The notes under the pieces: model-generated
The model's database searches: none
What the model saw: only the letters and a program-made list of their open reading frames with translations
What the model was told of the DNA's origin: nothing
Source of the DNA: an uncultured Gaiellaceae bacterium
Lineage (GTDB): Bacteria > Actinomycetota > Thermoleophilia > Gaiellales > Gaiellaceae
Direction: 5' to 3'
Assembly: GCA_963846995.1 (NCBI GenBank)
Contig: CAWJYD010000006.1
Location: 6,389 to 70,388 of the forward strand
Length of the DNA: 64,000 nt
Position numbers and translations under genes: made by a program
Shown here: positions 42,496-51,248 of the stretch, piece after piece
How positions within the stretch are numbered: the stretch's first letter is position 1
Layout of the letters: each line of letters begins with the position of its first letter

Positions 42496-42952
42496 CGCGT
42501 AGCTCCTCGACGATCCCGGGCACGTCGTCCGCCTGCACCCGCAGCCGATGCCTGTTGTCGATCGCGACGACAGTGGCCCAGCCGCAGCCGCCGAGGCACT
42601 CGATCGTCCCGAGCGTGAACTCGCCGTCGTCCGAGGTCGTGCCGGCGGAGATCCCGAGCTCCCGCTCGAACGCCTCGAGCACCTGCTGCGCGCCGGAGAG
42701 CGCGCACGAGACGTTCGTGCAGACCTCGACGCGCGTCCGGCCCACCGGCTCGAGGTAGTACTGGTCGTAGAACGAGGCGATCGAGAGGCAGTAGGCGGGC
42801 GTCATCTCGAGCGCGTCCGCGACCTCGCGGATGGCGTCGGGCGACAGCCAGCCGCCGTTCTCCTCCTGTGCGAGCTGAAGGGCGGGCATCACGGCGGAGG
42901 TCGCATCCGGATAGCGCTTGCGGATCTTCCCGATCTCGGTCGCCAGCGTCAC
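42488..42952 (-). CDS. nuoE: NADH-quinone oxidoreductase subunit E (2Fe-2S)
   Basis: The GTG at 42952 overlaps the nuoD stop (GTGA). It contains ..VEVCTNVSCALSG.. and ..ECLGGCGWA... Intact. Confidence 0.9.
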   Translation of the reverse strand: MTLATEIGKIRKRYPDATSAVMPALQLAQEENGGWLSPDAIREVADALEMTPAYCLSIASFYDQYYLEPVGRTRVEVCTNVSCALSGAQQVLEAFERELGISAGTTSDDGEFTLGTIECLGGCGWATVVAIDNRHRLRVQADDVPGIVEELRDA

Positions 42953-44217
42953 CGGTCCGCGTCCCCCATGACCGGATCGAGCGAGCCGGCGGCGGCGATG
43001 AGGTCGGCGATGAGCAGGCCCTGCACGATGGTGGCCGTCGCCTGCAATGCGGCGAAGCTCGGCGCCCTGAACTTCACGCGCCACGGGCGCGCGCCGCCGT
43101 CCGACACGAGGTAGCAGCCCGCCTCGCCGCGTGGCGACTCGATGGCCACGTACACCTCGCCCTCGGGGACGGTGAAGCCCTCGGTGACGATCTTGAAGTG
43201 GTGGATGAGCGACTCCATCGAGGTGTGGAGCTCGTGCCGCGGGGGGAGGACGACCTTGCGGTCGTCCGCGATCCACGGCTCGCCGTCCATCTCGTCGAGG
43301 CGGTCGAGGCACTGGCGGACGATCCGCACCGACTCGCGCATCTCGTCCATGTGCACGCGGTAGCGGTCGTACACGTCGCCGGCCGGATACACGGGGACGC
43401 GGAAGTCGACCTCGTCGTAGGCGAGGTACGGCGTCGCCTTGCGTAGATCCCAGTCGACCCCCGACGCGCGCAGCATCGGGCCCGACTGCGCGAGCGCGAG
43501 CGCGTCCTCGGCGGAGAGGAGCCCGACGCCCTTCGTGCGCTCGAGCCAGATTGCGTTGCGGTCGAGGATCGCCTCGTACTCGTCGACCGACTTCGGCATC
43601 GAGTCGCAGAACTTCCGCGCCTCGGCGGTGAAGCCGGGCGGCAGATCCTCGGCGAGCCCGCCGACCTGCACGTAGCGCGTGTGCATCCGCGTCCCGCCCG
43701 CCATCTCGAAGAGGTCGAGGATCTGGTCGCGGTCGTCGAAGCAGTACCAGAAGAGCGAGATCGCGCCCAGCTCGAGCGCCGACGTCCCGAGCCAGACGAG
43801 GTGCGAGTGGATGCGGTTGAGCTCTGCGAGCGCCATGCGCGCCCACACCGCGCGGCGCGGCACCTCCATCCCGAGGAGCTTCTCGATCGCGAGCACGTAC
43901 AGCAGCTCGTTCGCGTGGAAGGAGACGTAGTCGATGCGCGGCGCGTACGTGACGGACTTCCACCACGACTTCGCTTCCATGTTCTTCTCGAACCCAGTGT
44001 GGAGGTAGCCGATGACCGCGCGGATGCCCGCGACGGTCTCGCCGTCGAGGTCGACGACGAGGCGGAGGACGCCGTGCGTCGAGGGGTGGTTCGGGCCGAA
44101 GTTGACCCGGAGGATGTCCTCGAGGCGATGCTTCTCGGGATCGATCTCGAGGATCGTCGGAACCGGGTGCGGGATCCGCGTCCCCTCGTAGATCCGGCTG
44201 GCCGGGAGGACGCTCAT
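42949..44217 (-). CDS. nuoD: NADH-quinone oxidoreductase subunit D
   Basis: The ATG at 44217 overlaps the nuoC stop (TGATG). It contains ..NFGPNHPSTHGVLRL.. and ..ESPRGEAGCYL... Intact at 422 aa. Confidence 0.95.
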   Translation of the reverse strand: MSVLPASRIYEGTRIPHPVPTILEIDPEKHRLEDILRVNFGPNHPSTHGVLRLVVDLDGETVAGIRAVIGYLHTGFEKNMEAKSWWKSVTYAPRIDYVSFHANELLYVLAIEKLLGMEVPRRAVWARMALAELNRIHSHLVWLGTSALELGAISLFWYCFDDRDQILDLFEMAGGTRMHTRYVQVGGLAEDLPPGFTAEARKFCDSMPKSVDEYEAILDRNAIWLERTKGVGLLSAEDALALAQSGPMLRASGVDWDLRKATPYLAYDEVDFRVPVYPAGDVYDRYRVHMDEMRESVRIVRQCLDRLDEMDGEPWIADDRKVVLPPRHELHTSMESLIHHFKIVTEGFTVPEGEVYVAIESPRGEAGCYLVSDGGARPWRVKFRAPSFAALQATATIVQGLLIADLIAAAGSLDPVMGDADR

Positions 44218-44762
44218 CAGTCCTCGTCCGAGAAACGGACGGGCTCGCCGCCGAGCGGGTAGTCCTTCCGCAGCGGATGCCCGTCCCAGTCCTCGGGCAT
44301 GAGGATGCGGACGAGGTTCCCGTGGCCGTCGAAGCGGATGCCGAGCATGTCCCACGCCTCGCGCTCGAACCAGTCGGCGGCGGGCCAGACCGGAAGGACG
44401 CTCGCGATCGGCTCCCCGTCGTCGAGCCACACCTGCACGCGCACGCGAGCTGTGTCGTCGGCCACGCGGAGGAGGTGGTACGAGACCGAGAAGCGCTTCG
44501 GCTTCGGGTCGGGCACGCGAGCGAGTCCGCTGGACCCCGGCTCGTGCAGGTCGCGTCCCGCCGCGGTGCCGATGTAGCCCGCCACCGCCTGCTCGCCCCA
44601 GCCGAGGTAGTCGGCTGCTGCGATGTCGCTCAGGAAGTTGAAGCCGTGCTCGTCGCGGAGAACGGTGCACGCCTCGACGAGGCGGGCTGGGTCGACGACG
44701 AGGGTCGTCTCGCCCAACGCCTCCCGGGTCTCGACGACGCCCGGGACACCGGCGTAGCTCAC
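44217..44762 (-). CDS. nuoC: NADH-quinone oxidoreductase subunit C
   Basis: The GTG at 44762 overlaps the nuoB stop (GTGA). It contains ..[29 protein letters not shown]... Intact. Confidence 0.9.
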   Translation of the reverse strand: MSYAGVPGVVETREALGETTLVVDPARLVEACTVLRDEHGFNFLSDIAAADYLGWGEQAVAGYIGTAAGRDLHEPGSSGLARVPDPKPKRFSVSYHLLRVADDTARVRVQVWLDDGEPIASVLPVWPAADWFEREAWDMLGIRFDGHGNLVRILMPEDWDGHPLRKDYPLGGEPVRFSDED

Positions 44763-45355
44763 TCCGCGACTCCGCGGATCTCGTACGCCGGCGGCACGCC
44801 GCCGCGGATCTTCTCGTGGAGGCGGATGATCCCCTCCATCAGCGCCTCCGGCCGCGGGGGGCAGCCTGGCACGTGGACGTCGACGGGGACGATCTTGTCG
44901 ACGCCCTGGAGGATCGTGTAGTTGTTGAACATCCCTCCCGAGCTCGCGCAGGCGCCCATGGCGATCACCCACTTCGGCTCGAGCATCTGGTCGTAGACCT
45001 GACGCAGCGGCAAGGCCATCTTGTGCGTCACTCGGCCGGAGACGATGAGGAGATCGGCCTGGCGCGGCGAGGACGAGAAGCGCTCCATCCCGAAGCGGGC
45101 GATGTCGTAGCGCGACGAGACGATGGACATCATCTCGATCGCACAGCAGGCGAGGCCGAACGTGTCCGGCCAGACCGAGTTCGACTGCGCCCAGGCGACG
45201 GCCTTGTCGACCGTGGTCATGAGAAGCGCGTCCTCGATCGACTCGACCTCGCGCTCGAAGACGCCGGGGCCGCGCTCGGGCCACAGCACGCGCTCGGACT
45301 TGAGCCCGGCCTTGGCGAGCGGGCGGTCGCTGACGACCGGCAGGTCTCTCTTCAT
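44759..45355 (-). CDS. nuoB: NADH-quinone oxidoreductase subunit B
   Basis: The ATG at 45355 overlaps the nuoA stop (ATGA). It contains ..[11 protein letters not shown].., ..MGACASSGG.. and ..[10 protein letters not shown]... Intact. Confidence 0.95.
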   Translation of the reverse strand: MKRDLPVVSDRPLAKAGLKSERVLWPERGPGVFEREVESIEDALLMTTVDKAVAWAQSNSVWPDTFGLACCAIEMMSIVSSRYDIARFGMERFSSSPRQADLLIVSGRVTHKMALPLRQVYDQMLEPKWVIAMGACASSGGMFNNYTILQGVDKIVPVDVHVPGCPPRPEALMEGIIRLHEKIRGGVPPAYEIRGVAE

Positions 45356-45717
45356 TGCCAGTTGAGCGCTCCCTTCCGCCACACGTAGACGTAGGCGACC
45401 GCGAGGACGAGAACGAACGTCAGGAGCTCCCAGACGCCGAACCAGCCGAGCGCCTTCAGCTGCACGGCGAGCGGATACAGGAAGACGATCTCGATGTCGA
45501 AGAGGATGAAGAGGATCGCCGTGAGGTAGAAGCTGACCGTGAAGCGGCGCTCGCGGCTCGGCGCTCCCTCGGAGACCCCGGACTCGAACGGCAGCATGCG
45601 CTGCCTCGTGCGCGACACGGGACGGCCCGGGAGAACGAAGGACAGGACGATCATCGTCCCCGGGATCGCTGCCGCGAAGATGGCGTAGATGAGAAACGGC
45701 AGCCAGTTGGAAAGCAC
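45352..45717 (-). CDS. nuoA: NADH-quinone oxidoreductase subunit A
   Basis: Intact 121-aa membrane ORF. It is the first gene of the operon and contains ..PFESG.. and ..[10 protein letters not shown]... Confidence 0.92.
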   Translation of the reverse strand: MLSNWLPFLIYAIFAAAIPGTMIVLSFVLPGRPVSRTRQRMLPFESGVSEGAPSRERRFTVSFYLTAILFILFDIEIVFLYPLAVQLKALGWFGVWELLTFVLVLAVAYVYVWRKGALNWQ

Positions 45718-45878
45718 GGGTCGTACCCCCGCGTAGACCTCGATGGTCAGACCTCGCGACGAAACCTAGCACTCTCCTTCCGAGGCACGAAGGGTTCGGA
45801 AAACCCGCACAGAATGAGCGATACGAGTGTCACAAACTCGCAGCTGGAACCCGGGACACCGTGCGCTACCATGAGCCC

Positions 45879-46298
45879 ATGGCCACGATCGAGCACCCCA
45901 CCGAGACCCTGATCTCGCTCACGCCCGTCGCGGCGGCGAAGATCAGGGAGCTCATGGCCGAGGAGGCCGACGCCGAGACGCTCGTCCTCCGCGTTGCCGT
46001 CCAGGGTGGTGGGTGCTCCGGATTCCAGTACGGGCTCGGGTTCGACGCCGGTGCCGCCGAGGGGGACGTCGAGCTCTCGCTCGAGGGCATCCCCGTCGTG
46101 ATCGATCCCTTCAGCGCGCCCTACCTGCACGGCACGACGATCGACTTCCTGAACACGATCCAGGAATCCGGCTTCAAGATCGACAACCCGAACGCGGTCT
46201 CGTCGTGCGGGTGCGGCCACTCGTTCCAGGTGGACGAGGGCGAGGAGCTGCCCGAAGGCACCCACGTGGGCGGCTGCGGCTCGGGTTGTAGCCACTGA
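45879..46298 (+). CDS. HesB/IscA/ErpA-type Fe-S cluster insertion protein with a C-terminal Cys-containing extension
   Basis: It contains ..LRVAVQGGGCSGFQY.. and ..NPNAVSSCGCGHSF.., followed by an extra tail QVDEGEELPEGTHVGGCGSGCSH. The start is taken as the ATG at 45879; a GTG at 45861 is also possible. Confidence 0.85.
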   Translation: MATIEHPTETLISLTPVAAAKIRELMAEEADAETLVLRVAVQGGGCSGFQYGLGFDAGAAEGDVELSLEGIPVVIDPFSAPYLHGTTIDFLNTIQESGFKIDNPNAVSSCGCGHSFQVDEGEELPEGTHVGGCGSGCSH

Positions 46299-46316
46299 TG
46301 CCAAGAGCATCAGTGG
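46292..46316 (+). terminator. 9-bp hairpin spanning the stop codon of the IscA-type gene
   Basis: ccactgatg (46292-46300) pairs perfectly with catcagtgg (46308-46316) around a 7-nt loop. There is no T-tract, so its function is uncertain. Confidence 0.4.
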
Positions 46317-46431
46317 ACGGCTGCTCGCACTGACGCGCGGCACGCGCGTCGCAACGATTCACCGCTGCGGGCCTTGAGTTCAGCTGGGCGGTGCCGTAGG
46401 CTCCCGGCCGTCAATCGAGGCGGAGGATCTG

Positions 46432-46866
46432 GTGCGCACTCTCTACTGGTTCTGGTCGATCGTCGTGCTGGTCATGGTCGTCCTGCAGATCGCGTTCGCC
46501 GGCTACGGCGCGTTCTACGCGGCCCACAAGCTCTCTGACGACGGATCGTCGATCACCGACAAGACGTTCGATCACGGGTTCGGTATCCACGTGGGGTTCG
46601 GCTACTTCGTCTGGCTCGCCACGATGGTCCTGCTCATCATCGGGGTCATCGCTGGGATCGGGAAGTGGCGGCTCGGCAGGCACGGCCTGCTCGCGTTGCT
46701 GCTGACGCTGCAGATCCTGCTTGCGTGGTTCGGTGAGGGCGTCCCCGCGATCGGAGCGTTCCATCCGCTGAACGCATTTCTGATCCTGGGGATCATCATC
46801 TCGATCGTCTGGGGGGGTTGGCAGGAGCGCAAGACGGCTACTGCGGCGGCCGTCCCGGCGACCTAG
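46432..46866 (+). CDS. Integral membrane protein of unknown function (about 4 TM segments)
   Basis: Intact 144-aa ORF with four hydrophobic spans. The codon usage is visibly less G+C-rich than in neighbouring genes. Confidence 0.7.
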   Translation: MRTLYWFWSIVVLVMVVLQIAFAGYGAFYAAHKLSDDGSSITDKTFDHGFGIHVGFGYFVWLATMVLLIIGVIAGIGKWRLGRHGLLALLLTLQILLAWFGEGVPAIGAFHPLNAFLILGIIISIVWGGWQERKTATAAAVPAT

Positions 46867-46897
46867 CGCAAGACGGGCTCGCGACCACGACGCGTCC

Positions 46898-48400
46898 TCA
46901 CTCGGGCGCGTTGTGGTCCTTGCCACCGATGCGGAACGGCGTCGTCACACCTTCATAGACGACGTGCATGGTGAGGCCAGCCGCCGCGTGGCCGAGGTTG
47001 TGGCAGTGATCCATCCAGATTCCAGGGTTGTCGGCGCGGAACGCGATCACGTACTCGTCGCCCGGGTCGACGTTCAGCGTGTCCGTCCACCACGGGCTGC
47101 CCGTGGACGGCTGCCCGTCCCGGCTGAGGACGAGAGCATGGTGGCCGTGCAGGTGCATCGGGTGCACGACGTGCGTGTGGTTCGCGATCGTCATACGGAC
47201 GAGGTCGCCGTTCTCCACGACGAACATCGGGACGTTCGGGTAGATCCCTCCGTCGAGCGCCCACTGGCGCCCGGGGCGGCCGTCGAAGAAGCCGAGCTTC
47301 TTCGTGATCGTGAGCGAGAAGTCGCGGTCGAACGAGCTCGTCGCCGAGAAGGGTGTCGGCGCGGGCCGGCCGTACGTGAGCGGGTCGAAGTCGGTCGTCG
47401 GTTCGCCTGCCGGTGGTGGCGGGGGCGGCGGCATGTCCGGCGATCCGAGGACCAGGGCTGCGCCCGAGCCCTCCAGCCCGACGCGCACGCCACGCGCGGG
47501 CATCGTGAATCCGATGTCGTACCGACCGCCTGCCGCGAGTGAGAGCTGTATGCGGTTAAGGAGGCCCGGCTCGTTGACGTCATGGCCGTCGATCGCGAGG
47601 ACGCGGAAGGGCGAACCGTCGACCGTGAACCGGTGGACGGCGCTGTCCGTGTTGACGAGTCGAAGCCGGACGGCGCGGCCGGGCTCCACGCTCGCCGGGA
47701 TCGGGCCGTCGCTTCCGTCGAGCGTCGGGATCCCGTCGAACGAGTGGGCCGCGAGTGAGTGGTCGAACGAGCGCGACTCGGTTCCTCTCGGCTCGCTGAC
47801 GAAGACCCCGAAGAGCCCGCGCTGGACCTCCTCGGAGGAGACCTGGTGCGTGTGGTACCAGAACGTCCCGGCCTGCTCGACCCTGAAGCGATAGGTGTAG
47901 CTCTCGCCCGGCAGCACCGCGTCCTGCGTCACGCCGGCGACACCGTCCTCCGCGTTCGGCACGTCGACGCCGTGCCAGTGGATCGTGACGCCGTCCTCCA
48001 CGTCCTCGTTGTGCAGCACGACCTCGACGAGGTCGCCGTCGTGCACGCGGAGCTCCGGGCCGGGAGACCTGCCGTTGAAGGTGAGGGCGTGCACGACCCG
48101 TCCCGACGCGAGCCGGATGTCCGACGAGCGGGCGGTGAGCTCGAAGCGCTCATCCGGGACGCCGGTTGTCGGGCCGTGCAGGTCCGCGACGCTGACGCCC
48201 GTCGCGTGCTGATGGCCCGCGTGACTCGTCGGCTGCGCTCCGCCGCCGTAGTCGTGCTGCCCGTAGTCCATGACGCTGTACGTGCTCGGGAGCCGGCTGT
48301 CGTACCACTCTTTCGCGACGAAGCCGAGGAGCGCGACGAGGAGCGCGAGGCCGACGACCGCAATCGCGGTCTCGAGGTTCTGGCGCCGCACGCCGCGCAT
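46898..48400 (-). CDS. Multicopper oxidase (membrane-anchored or secreted)
   Basis: It has copper-ligand motifs: ..TIHWHGV.., ..FWYHTH.., ..HPMHLHGH.. and ..WMDHCHNLGHAAAGL... An N-terminal TM/signal segment follows the likely start MRGVRRQNLETAIAVVGLALLVALLGF at 48400. Confidence 0.85.
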   Translation of the reverse strand: MRGVRRQNLETAIAVVGLALLVALLGFVAKEWYDSRLPSTYSVMDYGQHDYGGGAQPTSHAGHQHATGVSVADLHGPTTGVPDERFELTARSSDIRLASGRVVHALTFNGRSPGPELRVHDGDLVEVVLHNEDVEDGVTIHWHGVDVPNAEDGVAGVTQDAVLPGESYTYRFRVEQAGTFWYHTHQVSSEEVQRGLFGVFVSEPRGTESRSFDHSLAAHSFDGIPTLDGSDGPIPASVEPGRAVRLRLVNTDSAVHRFTVDGSPFRVLAIDGHDVNEPGLLNRIQLSLAAGGRYDIGFTMPARGVRVGLEGSGAALVLGSPDMPPPPPPPAGEPTTDFDPLTYGRPAPTPFSATSSFDRDFSLTITKKLGFFDGRPGRQWALDGGIYPNVPMFVVENGDLVRMTIANHTHVVHPMHLHGHHALVLSRDGQPSTGSPWWTDTLNVDPGDEYVIAFRADNPGIWMDHCHNLGHAAAGLTMHVVYEGVTTPFRIGGKDHNAPE

Positions 48401-48447
48401 CGTCGCACGCCCGCGAGCGGGGCCTCGGCCGTAGCATTCGCGCGCCG

Positions 48448-49818
48448 ATGGACGGGAACTCCCGAGCCCTGAAAGTCGCCGTCGTGGGCTCGGGGCCCGC
48501 GGCCTTCTACGCGGCCGGCCACCTTCTGGCGAGCGAGGAACCACGAGCCGCGGTCGACATGGTCGAGCGCCTGCCGACTCCGTGGGGGCTCGTCCGGCTC
48601 GGCGTCGCCCCCGACCACCCTCAGTTGAAGACGGTGTCGCGCGCGTTCGAGAAGATCGCGGCGCGCCTGGGCTTCCGCTTCTTCGGGAACGTCGAGGTCG
48701 GTCGCGACGTCACGCAGGACGAGCTCGCCGGGCTGTACGACGCCGTCGTCTACGCCGTGGGGTCGCAGACGGATCGCCGGCTCGGGATCCCCGGCGAGGA
48801 TCTCCCCGGCTCGTGGCCTGCGACCGAACTCGTCGCCTGGTACAACGGCCACCCCGACTTCCAGGAATTGGACTTCGACCTCTCGGTCGAGCGGGCGGTC
48901 GTGATCGGAAACGGGAACGTCGCCCTCGACGTCGCCCGCATGCTCGCGCTCACCGACGAGGAGCTAGCGCCGACGGATACGACCGACACGGCGATCGCGG
49001 CGATCAGCGGCTCGGGCATCCGCGAGATCCTCGTGCTCGGGCGGCGCGGGCCGGTGCAGGCGTCGTGGACCTCGGCCGAGTTGCACGAGCTCGGCGATCT
49101 CGCCGGCGCGGACGTACTCGTCGATCCCGCGGAGCTCGAGCTCGATGCGGCGAGCGCCGGGGAGCTCGAGCAGAGCTCGAACATCGTTCAGCGGAACGTC
49201 GAGATCCTGCGCGAGTTCGCCCAGCGCCCCTCGGCCGGGAAGCCCCGTGCCGTTCGGCTTCGCTTCCTCACCTCACCTGTCGCGATTCTGGGCTCGGAAC
49301 GCGTCGAAGCGGTCGAGGTCGTGCGGAATCGTCTCGATGCCGATGCGGACGGCCGGGTGCGCGCAGTGCCGACCGACGACCACGAGGTCATCCCGTGCGG
49401 GCTCGTCTTCCGGAGCGTCGGCTACCTCGGAACGGGCGTGCCCGGGGTGCCGTTCGACGAGCGCGCGGGGACGATCCCGAACGACGGCGGCCGCGTGCTC
49501 GGCGACGGCGAGCCGGTTCCGGGTCTCTACTGCGCCGGCTGGATAAAGCGCGGCCCGACGGGCGTGATCGGGACGAACAAGAAGGACGCGACGGAGACGG
49601 TCGATCATCTGCTCGAGGACGCGCGAGCAGGGCTGCTTCCGGCTCCTGGGCCGGGCACCCTCGACGAGCTCCTCGCGGAGCGCGGAGTCGAGTTCGTGAC
49701 CTACGAGGGCTGGGAGCGGATCGACGGAGTCGAGAAGGCGCGCGGCGAGCCGCAGGGCCGTCCGCGCGTGAAGCTCGGAACATGGGACGAGCTGCTCGAC
49801 GCGGCTCGCGCCGGCTGA
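48448..49818 (+). CDS. fprA: FprA/adrenodoxin-reductase-type NADPH:ferredoxin oxidoreductase
   Basis: Intact 456-aa ORF containing ..VAVVGSGPAAFYAA.., ..PTPWGLVRLGVAPDHP.., ..VIGNGNVALDVARML.. and ..YCAGWIKRGPTGVIGTNK... Confidence 0.85.
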   Translation: MDGNSRALKVAVVGSGPAAFYAAGHLLASEEPRAAVDMVERLPTPWGLVRLGVAPDHPQLKTVSRAFEKIAARLGFRFFGNVEVGRDVTQDELAGLYDAVVYAVGSQTDRRLGIPGEDLPGSWPATELVAWYNGHPDFQELDFDLSVERAVVIGNGNVALDVARMLALTDEELAPTDTTDTAIAAISGSGIREILVLGRRGPVQASWTSAELHELGDLAGADVLVDPAELELDAASAGELEQSSNIVQRNVEILREFAQRPSAGKPRAVRLRFLTSPVAILGSERVEAVEVVRNRLDADADGRVRAVPTDDHEVIPCGLVFRSVGYLGTGVPGVPFDERAGTIPNDGGRVLGDGEPVPGLYCAGWIKRGPTGVIGTNKKDATETVDHLLEDARAGLLPAPGPGTLDELLAERGVEFVTYEGWERIDGVEKARGEPQGRPRVKLGTWDELLDAARAG

Positions 49819-49837
49819 GCGCGTCTACACTCGGAAC

Positions 49838-51169
49838 GTGGCCACGTCAGCGGAGAGCCGCGCACTCTGGGGCAGCGAGACGGAGAAGGCGATCGCCAAC
49901 TTCCCGGTGTCCGGCGAGCCGATTCCGCTCCCGGTCGCCCGCTGGCTGGGTCGGATCAAGGCCGCCGCTGCGCGCGTGAACGGCGACCTCGGCCTGCTCG
50001 ATGCGGAGCTCGCCGAGCGCATCGCGTCCGCCGCCGACCGGGTCGCTGCAGGGGAGTTCGACGACCAGTTTCCGATCGACGTGTTCCAGACGGGGTCGGG
50101 CACGAGCTCGAACACGAACGCCAACGAGGTGATCGCCGCGCTCGCGGGCGACGGCGTGCACCCGAACGACCACGTGAACATGGGCCAGTCCTCGAACGAC
50201 GTCTTCCCCTCGGCGGTGCACCTCGCCGGCTTGCAGCAGTTCGCCGACGAGCTGCTCCCTGCACTCGAGCTCCTCGCCGCCTCCCTCGAGCGAAAGGCGT
50301 CCGAGTTCGACGACGTCGTCAAGTCCGGCCGGACGCACCTCATGGATGCGGTGCCTGTCACCCTCGGCCAGGAGTTCGGCGGCTACGCGGCTCAGATTCG
50401 CCAGGGGATCGCCCGCGTGCGCGACGCGATGCCGCGTCTCGGACAGATTCCGCTCGGAGGAACCGCAACCGGCACGGGCCTCAACACGCATCCGGAGTTC
50501 GCGGCGCGTGTGCGCGGCTACCTCTCCGCCGACACGGGTCTCGCGATCTCCGCGCCGGTCGACCACTTCGAGGCGCAGGCTGCGCGGGACGGGATCGTCG
50601 AAGCCTCTGGCGCACTCAAGGTCGTGGCGGTCTCGCTGACCAAGATCGCGAACGACCTGAGGCTCATGGGCTCAGGCCCGCGCGCAGGACTGGCGGAGAT
50701 CTTCCTGCCCGAGCTGCAGAAGGGCAGCTCGATCATGCCCGGCAAGGTGAACCCGGTGATCCCCGAGGTCGTCACGCAGGTGGCGGCACAGGTGATCGGA
50801 AACGACACGGCGATCACTGTCGCGGGGATGGGCGGTCACTTCGAGCTGAACGTCTACATCCCGCTCATGGCACGGAATCTGCTCGATTCGATCGAGCTGC
50901 TCGCGAGCGCGGCCCGTCTCCTCGCCGAGAAGTGCGTCGACGGGATCGAGGCGAACCGCGAGCGCAACGAGCAGTACGCGGAGAGCACCCTCTCGGCGGC
51001 GACCGCCCTCAATCCGTACATCGGATACGACAAGGGAACGGAGATCGTCAAGGAGGCGTCCGCGTCGGGCAGGTCGATTCGCGAGGTCGCGCGTGAGGCG
51101 GGTGTCGACGAGGCCGTCCTCGACGAGGCGCTCGACTACCGCGCGATGGCGAAGCCGCACGACAGCTAG
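49838..51169 (+). CDS. fumC: Class-II fumarate hydratase (aspartase/fumarase superfamily)
   Basis: It contains ..FPIDVFQTGSGTSSNTNANEV.., ..NMGQSSNDVFP.. and the signature GSSIMPGKVNPVIPE. It starts at a GTG only 20 nt after the previous stop. The N-terminus is about 15-20 aa shorter than the canonical FumC as I recall it. Confidence 0.85.
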   Translation: MATSAESRALWGSETEKAIANFPVSGEPIPLPVARWLGRIKAAAARVNGDLGLLDAELAERIASAADRVAAGEFDDQFPIDVFQTGSGTSSNTNANEVIAALAGDGVHPNDHVNMGQSSNDVFPSAVHLAGLQQFADELLPALELLAASLERKASEFDDVVKSGRTHLMDAVPVTLGQEFGGYAAQIRQGIARVRDAMPRLGQIPLGGTATGTGLNTHPEFAARVRGYLSADTGLAISAPVDHFEAQAARDGIVEASGALKVVAVSLTKIANDLRLMGSGPRAGLAEIFLPELQKGSSIMPGKVNPVIPEVVTQVAAQVIGNDTAITVAGMGGHFELNVYIPLMARNLLDSIELLASAARLLAEKCVDGIEANRERNEQYAESTLSAATALNPYIGYDKGTEIVKEASASGRSIREVAREAGVDEAVLDEALDYRAMAKPHDS

Positions 51170-51248
51170 AGGTTTCGGCGCCGCCTGAGAGGGCTAAGCA
51201 CCTCGAATCGACACGACGCTTCGTGTCACGAGCGAAGGAGGGGGTTCT

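Noticed and set aside
45766-45833. Calling the nuo/iscA intergenic half sites a functional CIRCE operator.
   Set aside because: The arms are 50 nt apart instead of 9, and the right arm is degenerate. I report it only as an observation, not as a feature.
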